Below are positions 27,351 to 40,711 of a DNA stretch of 64,000 bases, piece by piece. The position numbers and the translations under genes are program-made. The notes under the pieces are model-generated. The model was not told the DNA's origin. It saw only the letters and a program-made list of their open reading frames with translations, and did no database searches. The first letter of the stretch is position 1; each line of letters begins with the position of its first letter. The stretch is from Owenia fusiformis (Eukaryota), in assembly GCA_903813345.2 (NCBI GenBank), contig CAIIXF020000001.1, positions 32,984,001-33,048,000 of the forward strand, given 5' to 3'.

Positions 27351-28899
27351 CTACTAAATTAGTTAGTGAGGTAGCACCGAAAAATGTACCCGCTTCTGAA
27401 CAAATAGAAATTACTTGTTTCTTATGTATTTTTATGTGATACTTCAGAAATTTTTTGTCTGACGCGCCATATCCGGGGCGAAAGTTGTCAAAATTGGGTT
27501 TTTGACCCTAAAAAGGAAAATTACAGGGATTACATTAACATCATTGAATAATTCATTCAGTTAGTCTTCAATCATCATAATGATTTTATTGAGAGTTGAT
27601 GAGATCATTTTAAGGTAGTATGCAAACTTTCAATGGTCTGTCACTCGTGGTTGCCATGGAAACCACAATTTTTGCTGAGAAAATCCTTAATTTTGGTAAA
27701 ACCTGTACCTGTACATAATATAGAATGTGAATTATTTTTCAAATCAACAGATATCAGAATATTTTAGCACTCTAAAAATCACCAGGGCTGTCCAAACATT
27801 TGTTTAAAGAGAAAGAATATTGCAATTTATATGACTGGTAAGTGTCAAAGACCATACAATTACATAAGTGGTCAAAAGTGGGCGTCGCCCTCATAATAGT
27901 AGTTGATTGCCATTCTCTATAAATACAGAGTTTTACTTGACTTTTGAGATACATTTATATTGAATTTCTTTGGTTATACTTAATATCAAGCATTTGTACA
28001 TTTAAGTGTTATAGTTATTGCATGGGGATACAGGGGGGGTAGTAACAGAATTGGGAGGGGGCAGAGCTTATCAGCCTTAAGTGTAAATCTCATCTACATA
28101 CATGGTTCTAGATTTCATAGGGTACAGCTTCTGGGTCTTATTATATTCATCTCAATATATAAGATATAAGAATTTACATGGTTGGTAAGTGTCAAAGACC
28201 ATAGAATTACACATGTGATCAAAAGTGGGCGTCGCCCTAATCATAGTATATGGTTCATTCTCTATAAATACAGAGTTTAACTTGACTTTTGAAGTACATT
28301 TACTTAAAAACATCTTTGATTTATACTTAATGTCATTTCTGGTAAGTTATATATATACATCTAATTGTAATAGTTATTGTCTGGGGTGGAGGATGGGGAG
28401 GGGAGAGTAACAGAATTGGAAATGGGCAGAGCTAATAAGCCTTAAATGTAAATCTCATTTATTTAGTTCTGGATTTCAAGGGGTGCATCTTCTGGTTCTT
28501 CTTCACATTCATCTCAATATATGGGATATTCCAATTTACATGATTGGTAAGTGTCAAAGACCATACAATTACATAAGTGATCAAAAGTGGGGGTTGCTCT
28601 ATCTACAATAGTAGATAATTCATTCTCTATGAATATGGAGTTTAACTTGACTTTAAGATTTATTTGTTAAATTAAAACTTCTTTGATTACATTTAGTATT
28701 GTAATAGTTATTCCCTGTGGGGGGGGGGGCAAGGGGGGTAGTAGCAGAAATGGGAGGGGGCAGAGCCAATGGCCAGTCAGTCTTACTCTTAAGTATTAAT
28801 ATCATAGTCTGATCATTTTCATTCACCTCCCGATGTTAATATATTAACAATATCATGTGGGAGAATATACCACTACACTTGCAGATTTGAGAGTCATTC

Positions 28900-30080
28900 A
28901 GTTGAGTGTATTTTTATGGCGCTCCACCTTTGCCTTTTAAAAAGGTGCTATTGCCCCTTCTGCATGGCACTTCATCTGTGAATGTGTGAAGTGCTAGGAA
29001 GGCTGCATTTATGTCAGGGTCTATATTGGAGGAAATACCACTGACATCAGTCTTCATTTGTTTCCAACTCAAGTATCCAGCAGCACACTTTGCTGGGTAT
29101 TTGCTTTTTGTTTTCATCATCATACAAGAACTAATTCTAATCTTTAGGGACTCGTGTTTTTCTACCTTAAATAGGGCAAGGTGTCCCTCCCCTCTTCCAG
29201 GTTCCTTTATAGAATTTTTGATGTAATTATCACATACAAAAACTAATCAATCTGCATTGTAGAATCTTGAAACAGTCTCCGCCAGATCCAGAAACAAAAC
29301 TACCTTTCAAGTTGAATTATGATTTGGGATAGTTGGGGTTTGTTTTCCTTATGACTTGTATACATTTAGAAGTTTTCTTTTTCTTGCTGGGTTCTATTAC
29401 AAATTTTGGTCCTTTCCCTTTGGCACTTGTGGGTACATTTTCATGCATAGGGATGCGTTTCTCTGTTCTTGCAAGAAGTCCAGTCAGTGTTCCTAGAGCC
29501 CAAGGCACAGGGCTCAATAGGAACTGCAGGAGACATTCTAGGCTAATTTTATGTTCTTAAGCAAGATCGAAGCTGTTCAAAGATGTTTCATTCAGAATGT
29601 ATTTGTATAAGCTTGTTCTGAATACTTTTTTACTGTCACTGTTGCTGCTGTAGTTTGCTGCTATAGTTTTCAATTTCATGTTTTATTAGATCATGAAATC
29701 TTTTTTTCAACTAATCTCAGATGGTATCTCTTCATGCAATTTCCCCTTTTGACTAAAATTAGATGAGATCTGCGGCGACATCATTTGGCACAGATTTTCC
29801 TTATGATACACTGTAGAGATGACCTTCATCCTCAATGGTAAATGGATCAAGGAAGTCTTTGATTGCAGTTTTTGTCATCTTTATGTCTTTTTCTATACTT
29901 GCTATTTGTGCCTTTCCAAGGTCATTATGGGTGTCACACTCATCTCATCTCTAGATAATCTTCCTAAGTTGGTCTTATGAAGGACTGTCTGATTGTTGTA
30001 ACCATCTCATCCATATAAAGCACTTATTGTCTGTATGGCCCATTTTGCAAATCCTCGTAGTGAACCACCAGATGGACTTG
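28900..30080 (-). pseudogene. Degenerate Academ-type transposase
   Basis: Fragments HNDLGKAQIASIEKDIK...FLDPFTIEDEGHLYSVS, LSPVPWALGTLTGLLARTEK and AFLALHTFT...STFLKGK, with stops and frameshifts; motifs recognised from memory of Academ proteins. Confidence 0.7.
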
Positions 30081-30591
30081 AATGGAAACTAAATGACTCC
30101 ATATCTTTCCAGTGGGTATTGACTGATATTCTCATACAAGAGATTGGTGATATAGCAACACCAGATGAATCAGAAAACTCCAGAAGATGTACCCTATGAA
30201 ATCCAGAATTAAAAAGATGAGATTTATACTTAAGGCAGATTAGATCTACACATTCTAATTCTGTTACTACTCACCCCGCCCCAATGTAAAAAACTATAAT
30301 ACTTACACAGATGTATTTACCAGAAATGCTTGACATAAATTATAATAACAGCAGTTCAGTATAACTATGAATGTATCTCAAAAGTCAAGTTCAATTTTGT
30401 ATTTATACAAAGAACCAATCATCTACTATTGTTAGGGTGACACTCCTTTTGATCATTTATAAATATGTAATTGTATGGTGTTTGACAAATCCTGTAAATT
30501 GTAATATCCCATATATTGAGATGAATATGAAGAAGACCCAGACGATGTGCCCCATGAAATCCAGAACTATGCAGATGAGATTTATACTTAA

Positions 30592-31285
30592 CCTTTAGTG
30601 TGCTGCCGGCGGACTCGTCCGCCGAGACTAAAATGTCTCTCACAACTGCCGGCGGACCCGTACGCCCGATTTCAAACTTTTAAAAACTTTACTTTTTCGC
30701 GCCATTCGTATTGTCCAATTAGATTGCCCGATTTATTCAGTGCCTAACATGACTTCCTGTTGACCTAGAATGGCGATATTTCGAAAAATAATTCTCAATT
30801 CAACAATTTAAACAGTGTTTTAGTCGTTTTTAGTGAACAAATCGTACAAAATGGCGGACAAATACGATCACAACGCAAATGTGGAGGAAATGGATTACGA
30901 TTTCGAGCTCTTTAGGCTCTTGGAAGCCGATTATGGTCATCGAAAATAGAAACTAGAATATTTTCTGAATTGAAAATTGAACATTCGATCGCTGCAAATT
31001 CAGATTTGGATTCTGACCAGACGAAGGGGCGGAGCAGCGGATTCCGGAGGAGTATTCATGGTATATTTATGCCCAGTCGTGTTAATGTACGAAAAAAATT
31101 CACGAGAACATTTTTTTCATGAACCAGGCCACTGTATCTTCCCTTAGTGAAGATTTTATCCAGATTCATTCAGTAGTTATTGAGATATTAATTATTTAGT
31201 CCAGGCATATCATTTTTTTGCGCTTTTTGAAAAATAAGCCAGTTGCGTGGGATATATTTGCTGTAATAAGGCAGCATGGTAAAGG
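30592..31285. mobile_element. piggyBac-like non-autonomous element, TTAA TSD
   Basis: TTAA|CCTTTAGTGTGCTGCC ... GGCAGCATGGTAAAGG|TTAA; empty site GATTTATACTTAAGG in sister repeats at ~30220 and ~31630. Confidence 0.85.
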
Positions 31286-32897
31286 TTAAGGCTGATTACC
31301 TCTGCCCACTCCCTATTCTGTTACTACTCTCCCCCATCCTCCCCCAGGCAAGAACTATTACAATTAGATGTGCATTACTAACCAGAAATGCTTGTAATTA
31401 AGTATAATCAAAGAAGTTGTAATGTAAATGTATCTCAAAAGTCAACTTAGACTCTGTATTTATAGAGAATGAATCTATGATAAGGGCGACGCCCACTTTT
31501 GATCACTTGAGTAATTCTATGGTCTTTATACTTACCAATCATGCAGAATTATAATATCCTATATATTCAGATGAATGTGAAGAAGACCCAGAAGATGTAC
31601 CCCATGAAATCCAGAACTATGTAGATGAGATTTATACTTAAGGGTGATTAGCTTTGCCCTCTTCCAATTCTGTTACCCCCCCCCCCAATGCAATAAGTAT
31701 AACACTTACATGTACATTATTTACCAAAAAATGCTTCATATTTAGTATAACCAAAGAACATCATTATAAATGTATCTCAAAAGTCAAGTAAAACTCTGTA
31801 TTTTTAGAGAATGGCAATCATCTACTATGATAAGGGCGACGCCCACTTTTGATCACTTATGTAATTGTATGGTCTTTGACACTCCCCAGTTATGTTAATT
31901 GCAATATCCTTTATATTTAAATAAATGTTTGAACTGCCCTGGTAATTTTGAAAATGCTAAAATATTCTGATATCTGTTGATTTGAAAAATAATCCACATT
32001 CTATATTATGTACAGGTACAGGTTTTACCAAAATTAAGGATTTTCTCAGCAAAAATTGTGGTTTCCATGGCAACCACGAGTGACAGACCATTGAAACTTT
32101 GCATACTACCTTAAAATGATCTCATCAACTCTCGATAAAATTATTATGATGATTGAAGACCAACTGAATGAATTATTCAATGATGATAATGTACCCCCTG
32201 TAATTTTCCTTTTTAGGGTCAAAAACCCAATTTTGACAACTTTCGCCCCGGATACGGCGCATCAGACAAAAATTTTCTGAAGTATCACATAAAAATACAT
32301 AAGAAACAAGTAATTTTAATTTGTTCAGAAGCGGGTACATTTTTCGGTGCTACCTCACTAACTAAATTATAAGTTAAAGTATGAAACGAATGACCAATAT
32401 CAGTGTAATATTGGCAATATTAATGCCGATCGTCAGTGTAAGAAAAGCGAGAGACTAAATATGTGAATTGTGTCTTTGTTAACATATAAAACCTAAAACC
32501 ATTGACACATTCTCAAACTAGACTATCTTCCTTAACTTCGAGCCAAATTATTATCCACAACGTGACTTATAAGTAGGTGTAAATCGGGAAATAAAAAAAT
32601 CTTACCGAAACCAAGTCCCAGAGGAAGTTCCGCCATGATACACCGACGATACGTCTGTGTAATTAGGTGGGTAGCAGTGTATGTGGTGGGGACATAATAA
32701 AAAGTTTAAATGTTACAAATGGTTTGCATTTGAACGCTATATTACATACGAAATCTGGAGATTTTTGACTAATATCCTTCGTTATGTAACAACCTGTATT
32801 TTTATTTAGAAGTACAAGTTTATGTACAAGTTGACCAGATAACTTATATCAAAAGCTCTCTATGAATATGTTTTCTTTTGATGAATAATAAACTCAC

Positions 32898-33096
32898 CTA
32901 TTAGTACAGCTCCTAATGTTTCAAATATTGTAGCTAGAATACATGCTGTCCTTAGGGTAAGAACCCCCGACCCAACAGAGGTTCCAAACGAGTTAGCTAC
33001 ATCATTAGCACCAAGTCCAAATGCTAGCACAAAGGCTACAATAAATCCAACTATTACCATCCATAGGTACTCATTTGGTATTACAATCTCAACCAT
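32898..33096 (-). CDS. SLC20A: Sodium-dependent phosphate transporter PiT, first coding exon
   Basis: [67 protein letters not shown] has the PiT signature GANDVANS; G|gtgagt donor in phase with the 22875 exon. Confidence 0.97.
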
Positions 33097-33556
33097 TGTA
33101 GGTTTTACAGTCAAGATGATCTGTATATTTCTATGTTGAGTTCTATTGATTATTTAGTTGCAAGAACAAGTAAAAGTTCATATCGTTTTGGCTGTTATCT
33201 CACAAATATATACTTTGTTAAATAACCATCACATAAAAATGTTTGTTTATTATCAAGATTATATTCAGCTGTTGTTGATAAACAAATGTTTTGACAAAAT
33301 TCCTCCTCACAAACGAATATGCCCTTGAACCAGAACAATCAATAGCACTAATGGAAGCACTGTCGGAAGCACTGATGATTGGATTCTGCTTTCTAATACT
33401 GCTGGTTTGTTTTCTTATGTTGAGAGAACCAACAACATCTGTTTAAGAGATGACAACCTCAGTTTTTGTTTGAGGATCAATTCGGTGTCTTATGTAGGTA
33501 TACTGCAGTATAGTAATTAAATCTTGTGAATTCCTGACCACTTTCAGCAGAAAAAC
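33097..33556 (-). other. Probable 5' UTR part of the SLC20A start-codon exon
   Basis: Strong acceptor acttttttttccag|G at 33557/33556, then non-repetitive sequence to the ATG; weaker acceptors closer to the ATG cannot be excluded. Confidence 0.5.
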
Positions 33557-34213
33557 CTGGAAAAAAAAGTTGAACTCTTAGCTACATTTTATTAGGTTGG
33601 GACTGGGGTAGGGCAAAATCAGTACAAAACAACAACAACGACAACACCAAAGCGTAGCGAATCCCATCGAACAGAAATAGCTGGCATTTTTACAAACGAA
33701 GCGCAAATATCATAAAACAACACACCAGAAAGGCCACCATTTTTAAAATGGTTGCTCACTAGCCAAGTTGTCATCAGAAGAAATAATATGCTTTTAATTA
33801 ACCACCTCTACAATTTTTGGAAAATCGCACACATACTTGTAAAATAACCAGGCCTGTCAACTGTCCCGCAATTTGCGTATTTGTCACGCATTTGCTGAAG
33901 AATTTGAAGTCACGCCAGTTATTTTTGCGTGACAGAAAATGTCACGCAAATACGCATTTTACCTGGTAATTGTCAAGCAAAAATATTTATGTTGAAAAAT
34001 TTCTAAAAAAGATCGTCTACACAGCAAAAATACGAACGCCGGAAAAAAAAGTACGCATTACGTTCGGACTTTTCACGCGAATTACGTATATGTCACACAT
34101 TCCGTTCGAAATTTTTCGTACCTACCCCCCCCCCCCCCCCCCGCAGATGGATGTTTGAAACGCGAGCGTAGCGAGCGCGAAAAATTTGAGGTGTTCAAAA
34201 TGTGGCAAGATGT

Positions 34214-35549
34214 AACTAGAAAAACAGCAACTCCACGGAGTAGCAAATCCCACCGAACAAAACAATACTGGTATTTGAATTATCAAAATTATGTTTTTAT
34301 GAATCATGGTTGCCATTTTGAAATTCAGCTGTCATCTTTAAATTTCTTCCTTAGCAGAGCTCCTATGTCCCAAGGCATCAGCACATTCAATTTAATCAAA
34401 ATCCGTCAACTGGTACTTGGGTTATCAAGGATTACATGTTTAATGAAAAATGGCTAAGGTTTCAATAAATAGCAGCCACCTTGAAAATTTCTTCTCAAGC
34501 AGAACTCCTTTATCTCTAGGCATCAGAATATAAAATTTGAAGTAAATCCGTCCAATGGTATTTGAGTTATCAAAGATTAACTTTTTCTATGAAAAATGCC
34601 AGCCATTTTGAAATTCAGCTGATGCCTTTGAAATTTCTTCTGAAGCAGATCTCCTTTTCCCCTAAATATCAGCATATAAAATTGGAACCAAATCCATCCA
34701 CTGGTATTTCAGTTATTAATGATTACGTTTTTTTTTACGAAAAATGGTGGCCATTTTGAAATTCAGTGGCCATCTTGAAAATATTTTCTTGAGTAGAACT
34801 TGTTTGTCTCTAGGCATCAGCATATAGAATTAGAACTAAACCCATCAACTGGTATTTGAGTTATCAAAGGTTACGTTCTTTTACGAAAAATGGCGGCCAT
34901 TTTGAAATTTAGCAGCCATCTTAAAAATCCCTTCTCGAGCAGAGCTCCTATGTCCCTAGGCATCAGCATGTAAAATTTGAACCAAATCCATTCGATGGTA
35001 TTTGAGTTATCAAGCATAACGTTTTTTCACGAAAAATGGCCGCCATTTTGAAATATGGTGGCCATCTTGAAAATGTCTTCTTGAGCAAGGCTCCTTTGTA
35101 CCCAGGCAACAGCATATAAAATCTGAAGCAAATCCATCCACTAGTATTTGAGTTATCAAAGATTGTATTTTTTCCGAAAAATGGCCGCCATTTTTAAATA
35201 TGGCGGCCATCTTGAAAATGTCTTCTTGGGCAAGGCTCCTTTGTACTCAGGCAACAGCATACAAAATTTAAACCAAATCCATCCACTAGTATTTGAGTTA
35301 TCAAAGATTATATTTTTTCGGAAAAATGGCCGCCATTTTGGATTTAGCGGCCATATTGAAAATTCCTTCTCGAGCAGAGGTCCTACACCCATAAGGCATA
35401 AGCCTATAAAATTTGAATGAAATCCGTCAACCGGTATTTGAGTTATTCCCCGGACACACGAACGGACGGACGGACGAACGGACGGACGAACGGACAGACG
35501 GACGGACGGCTTTTCTATATCCCCCTCGAACTTCGTTCGGTGGGATAAT
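34214..35549 (-). mobile_element. HINE family B, full length, with ~146-bp tandem array
   Basis: subTIR ATCCCACCGAAC / GTTCGGTGGGAT; palindrome GCAACTCCACGGAGTAGC; AACTAG end; (GGAC)n. Confidence 0.75.
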
Positions 35550-35967
35550 AAACTAAACTAGTTAAAAGCATTATACTGACCATTTGGTGCAAATTTCATC
35601 TAAATCTGAGCAATAATGACAAAGTTAGGGACCAAACACTGAAAATAGCTCCGAAAAGTGGGCATAGCAACACGTTATCGGATTAAGAATTGCCAACTCA
35701 ATATTTCCTGATTGCATTATCCATCACCTTACATTCTGTGTGAATTTCATCTAAATCTAAGCAATAATGACAGAGATAGGGGCCATATACTGAAAAGAGC
35801 CCCTAAAAGTGGGCGTGGCATATTTACTTGGTTACCATAGCAACGCTGTCGCGGATTCAGAATTGCCAACATCATTTTTCTTGGTAAGTATCACGTATAG
35901 TTCATGAAAATATATGTCGCTTATCTCGCCTCTAAAAAGGACGTGGAATGACCTTTGCTCACATACT

Positions 35968-36684
35968 AAAGGAGCACGTAGGTTATTGCAAACAATTTCA
36001 AACGATTCTAACTTGAATTATGACTATTTTCTGATCATGAACATGTGTGTATCTTTAAGATCCATTCATTATCTTCAAGAAAAGTATATATATTGATAAT
36101 TTAGTTAATCAGACCTAAGTAATATTGAAGGGGCAATGGGCCAATCAACATACTTTTTCAAAAATGTTGACCTAATTTTCACCAAAAATGCAACCTTTTA
36201 TTATATTGTTGAATGCATAATTAGAATGTGCTTTGAGACATGTTTGATTTCCTAAAAGTAAAAGTTGATTGCTCCAGGGACTTTACAGATACTGAATTTG
36301 AATGACCAAAATGAACTGAAACCAATGGATAGCATGAGATTTTTCAATGGAGAAATAACATGGGGAACATTTATCTTAAAGCAATTAAGTTTTTCTTTCA
36401 AGAACTATTTGATACATCAAAATAGAGAATAGTAATGCATTAAACATTGTAAAAATTGATTGCATTTTTGGTGAAAATGGGGTCAACATCTTTGAAAAAG
36501 TGTGTTGATGGGTTGATTGCAAGTTAAATATCTCCTAGTTTGTTTGACTTTATTATTACTGTATATAATTTTCTTTGAGATAATGAATTGATCTAAAAGA
36601 TAAACCTGTCTTCATTGTCAGAAAATAGTCATAATCCAAGATATAACCTTCTGAAATTGTTTGCGATAACCTACGTGCTCCTTT
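35968..36684. mobile_element. Largely palindromic MITE (possibly Kolobok-like)
   Basis: AAAGGAGCACGTAGGTTATTGCAAACAATTTCA / TGAAATTGTTTGCGATAACCTACGTGCTCCTTT; long degenerate arms; TSD degraded. Confidence 0.75.
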
Positions 36685-37663
36685 GGAAAATCAAATTTTA
36701 TCACTTTAATGTGAATCTATGATGGAATTTTATTATGTAAAAGGGATGTATATGTTATAAATTGGGTTTTGACGGATTTTGTTCATCAGTCTATGGAATA
36801 CTGAATTTGGATTTTTCTTAAAATGGTTAAAGTCCTGTTTTTTGTAAAAAGTGATTAAAACTGCTGATGGTGATGGTTTGTGTTTTTCAAAAGTTTACGC
36901 TTCCACACAAGAGACTGAGTTTTCTAGGTCTAATATTCGCTAATGGATTGAATAAACGTTTCAAACTACCATATATGTTTACGGTAAAACCTGTGGTTTT
37001 TAGATTTGATACTTTATGTCATATTCATGTGAGGAAAGGCAGGGAATCAGAATGAATGCTATTAAAGACGGGAAATTATATTTTTGTACTTGGCATTTAG
37101 GGTTAGCGTCAATCAGTGAAGGCTAATTATTTTAATCAATACGCAGCATTAGTATTTTTCCTCGCGATTTCTCTCATTTAATTCAAAATGATGAATGTGA
37201 TGAATTTCGAACTTCTGGTCAATATTTTCGAAATGAAAAGTTTAAAAATATTTTTGTTTCATTAATTATTGTGTCTATTTAACTTATTTTGTAAAAATAT
37301 GTTGTATGAACGTTAACAACACCATCAACTATCAAAACCATCACATTTGGAGAAGAATAGCGTAGTAAACTCGCTCAGTGCACATCTAGGGTTAATCTGA
37401 TAGATCGTATAAACACCGATTTAGTTTTAATCGAAAAGAACTATTTATAGTCCTTGAAAATGCTCAGATTGCACCAAATAATGTCTTCAAAAAAAATTTC
37501 CCAAGGGAACATGCCCCCGGACTCCCAAATTGCTCGCCCATCAGCCACGTCCATATTTCCTGCGCCACCTATATTTTCTGGAAAACGCACCCCCCCCCCT
37601 TTCAAATATGATCCGATGCCCCTGTATTACTCTATCTCTATGAAACTTTGCTAAAGTACCCAC

Positions 37664-37832
37664 CTTCTACTGGCAATTCTAGAGCTGTTTCTGCCCATGC
37701 CCATACATTTCTCTAGGTGTGGAGCAAATCTTGAAGCAGCCAAGTTCCTACTACAGTTAGGACATATGCACTCTAACTGCTTTTTCTGGGGCAGCTGACC
37801 AAAAACATCTAGGCCTACCTGGTCTACAATAC
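37664..37832 (-). CDS. ATXN7L3: Ataxin-7-like protein 3 / Sgf11 (SAGA DUB module) zinc-finger exon; orphan, probably a transduced gene fragment
   Basis: [55 protein letters not shown](R) is the Sgf11 zinc finger (CPNC...RFAPHLEKC); cattgtag acceptor and AG|gtgggt donor; no other ATXN7L3 exon found in the window. Confidence 0.9.
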
Positions 37833-39547
37833 CTACAATGGAACAGTGGACAGGTTGAGGTATCAATATGAATGTGAATGCATGTGGAACAAAAAAGTGT
37901 GAACTAGAAGTAAATTCGATGTAAACTCAATGCAAAATAAGGTGTACACAGTTGCTCTGAGGCCCAGGAATATGTTTAAAATGTTTGAAAAGTCCCCTAG
38001 TGTACTGAGTTGGTAATGTGTGGTGTATACATGTATATTAATAGAGAGGTAGTTCACTTCGATAGTGTTCTACACGAGAAAATCCAGGGGTCACTATGTT
38101 CATATCAGTGTATCTTGGTACATACAGCATATGTTTCTTTAACATTACAGGAAACCCTCGTCAACATATAAAACTTAATAATTAAACAAAGAAATAAGAA
38201 CAGTTTATCACAACAACCGACGTATAAGGTAAATTGTTATGAACAACCGAAGTCTGCCAGGACACTTTGGATGATTACTAAGAGATGAAGGCGGAACTGC
38301 ATTTTGATTGGTTGTTCATTTTGGATTTGAAAGTTCCATTTTAGGTATTTTTAGTTGTAAATAAATTCTGAAATAATATGTTTATGTTTTTTTGTATTTT
38401 TAGATATGATTGAATAATAAAGGGGTCTTCAATATTTATTTTTCATTTAATTACACTGTGATGCTACGTAATTTCCCGGGAAATGAAATTGGGATTTTAC
38501 CCTCATTTTCTGCAAATGTGTCAATCTTTTTTAACCTAATTGACAATCCCTGGTATATTTTATCTTTTTCTTTCAAACAGAAGTCGTATAAAACTAAGAT
38601 ATTCGTAAGAATCAACATATCTGCATAAAAGTTTTAGTTCGTAAGTGAATTTTAAAGATGGCGGCCGGTATAAATAACTTGACCTCTTGATGACGTAGAG
38701 GTCATTTCTAAGCCAATGAAAAGCGTTGAAATAATTCACTTCTTCTTGACCTGGGAAAAGTGTCCTGGCAGAGTTCGCAAGCGTGTTTCTTTGCGTTTTT
38801 AACTACGATGAGAAAAGAAAGATGTCAGGATTGTAGAAATTACCAAAGAAAATCATTCCTGGACCTTCATGGCGAAAGAATTTTGTGGTTTCGTCAAGTG
38901 CGAACGAAATACAGTTGGATTAGGGATCCTACTGATTGAAGTGACCTACCTCTCTTTTACTATATTACTTACATTGAATAAGACTGATTTTTTATTAATA
39001 ACAATAAGACTGATTTTTTATTAATGACTGTATACCCGGGCCTCAGCAGTTGCTCATTGACATGTGAAAATGGTCATCGAAAACTCGGTGTAAACTTGCT
39101 CCAGTCTAGCGCAGGGCAAATGCCAGTAGTGCAATAGTAGCCGGGCTACATTGTTGTGGACAATAGTCAAAATTATTAACCTACAATGGTATAAACATTT
39201 TTGTCATCTGAGAATATGTTCCAGATGGAAACTGGATGTAAACTGAAGGTGTAAACTAACTTCTTTGCATATGATATTGGTCCACAGCAAAGTTAATGCC
39301 CCTCTACTGGACATTCACTTGTCAAGTGCAAAAAAACATTTATCAAGCAGCTGCTGCAATGCTATGCTGAAACTGCTTCACAAACAAAATCATCCTTATT
39401 ACACCCCTACCAGATGGTTTCACTCTCTAGTTGGTTTTATATCAGTAATCTTTCCACCAATTAACACTTTGCATTATGTTAACATGTTTAAGACCTCTCC
39501 TGACCATATTCCACTAATTTTATTCAATTTTCTAGCATACAGTAGTA

Positions 39548-40711
39548 AACCAGAACAACGGCAACGCCAAAGCGTAGCGAATCCCATCGAACATTTTTCA
39601 AAAGGGGCACCTTCTACTAAAAGTCTCATTAGACAGTGTGCCATGCTTATAGTATTCACATACCAAATATGAACAAAATCGCTCCACTACTTTTCGAGTT
39701 ATAGTAAAATACGTTAAAATGGCCGCCTTCTACCAAAAGTGGCATTAGACAGTGTGCCATGCTTATACGTATTCACGTACCAAATATGAACAAAATCGCT
39801 CCACTACTTTTCGAGTTATAGTAAAATAAGTTAAAATGGCAGCCATTTTTCAAAATGTCCGCCATTTTTCAAAATGGCCGCCTTCTACCAAAAGTGTCAT
39901 TAGACAGTGTGCCATGCTTACAGTATTCACATACCGAATATGAACAAAATCGCTCCACTACTTTTTGAGTTATAGTAAAATACGTTAAAATGGCGGCCAT
40001 TTTGAAAAAAATGACCGTCCTCTACCAAAAGTGTCATTAGACAGTGTGCCATGCTTATACGTATTCACATACCAAATATGAACAAAATCGCTCCACTACT
40101 TTTCGAGTTTTAGTAAAATAAGTTAAAATGGCGGCCATTTTTCAAAATGCCCGCCATTTTTCAAAATGGCCACCTTCTACCAAAAGTGTCATTTGACAGT
40201 GTGCCATGCTTATAGTATTCACACACCAAATATTAACAAAATCGCTCCACTACTTTTCGAGTTACAGCAAAAATCGTAAAATAATGAGAAATGGCCGCCA
40301 TTTTTCAAGATGGCTGCCATGTGCTTTTTTAATATCTACATTTCTAGCTTTATTAATGTCCTATATAATTTTTTTTACATTTAAAACATATTGCTATTAC
40401 AGTTTTACATATTGCACCTAAATTACTGTAAAATCGGCACTAAAATGGCCGCCATTTTTAAATGAGCGGCCATTTTGAAAATCGGCTTTCGAGCAGAACT
40501 TCTACCCCCATAGGGTATATGTATACAAAATATGAATAAAATCGGGCCAACGGTATTTGAGTTATTGCCCGGACGGACGGACGGACAGACGTACGTACGG
40601 ACGGATGGACGTACGTACGGACGGACAGACAGACGTACGTACGTACGGACGGACGGACGGACGGACGGAGGCGTTCCCTATATCCCTCCGAACTTCGTTC
40701 GATGGGATAAT
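39548..40711 (-). mobile_element. HINE family A, both ends present
   Basis: AACCAG...GCAACGCCAAAGCGTAGCGAATCCCATCGAAC start, ~120-bp array, microsatellite, CCGAACTTCGTTCGATGGGATAAT end. Confidence 0.75.

Larger units (their letters stand above)
27360..32364 (-). mobile_element. Academ DNA transposon relic, 5.0 kb
   Basis: TAG...CTA termini (TAGTTAGTGAGGTAGCACCG / CGGTGCTACCTCACTAACTA); 3-bp TSD AAT; TIRs of about 600 bp or more plus subterminal ~300-bp repeats; degenerate transposase inside. Confidence 0.85.

Noticed and set aside
33097..33114. TTG start for SLC20A from the ORF track
   Set aside because: The in-frame ATG at 33096 in ACAATGG context is the plausible eukaryotic start
38248..38777. 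Short inverted repeat (TCTGCCAGGACACTTT) suggesting a MITE
   Set aside because: No TSD or clear termini, so not listed as a feature
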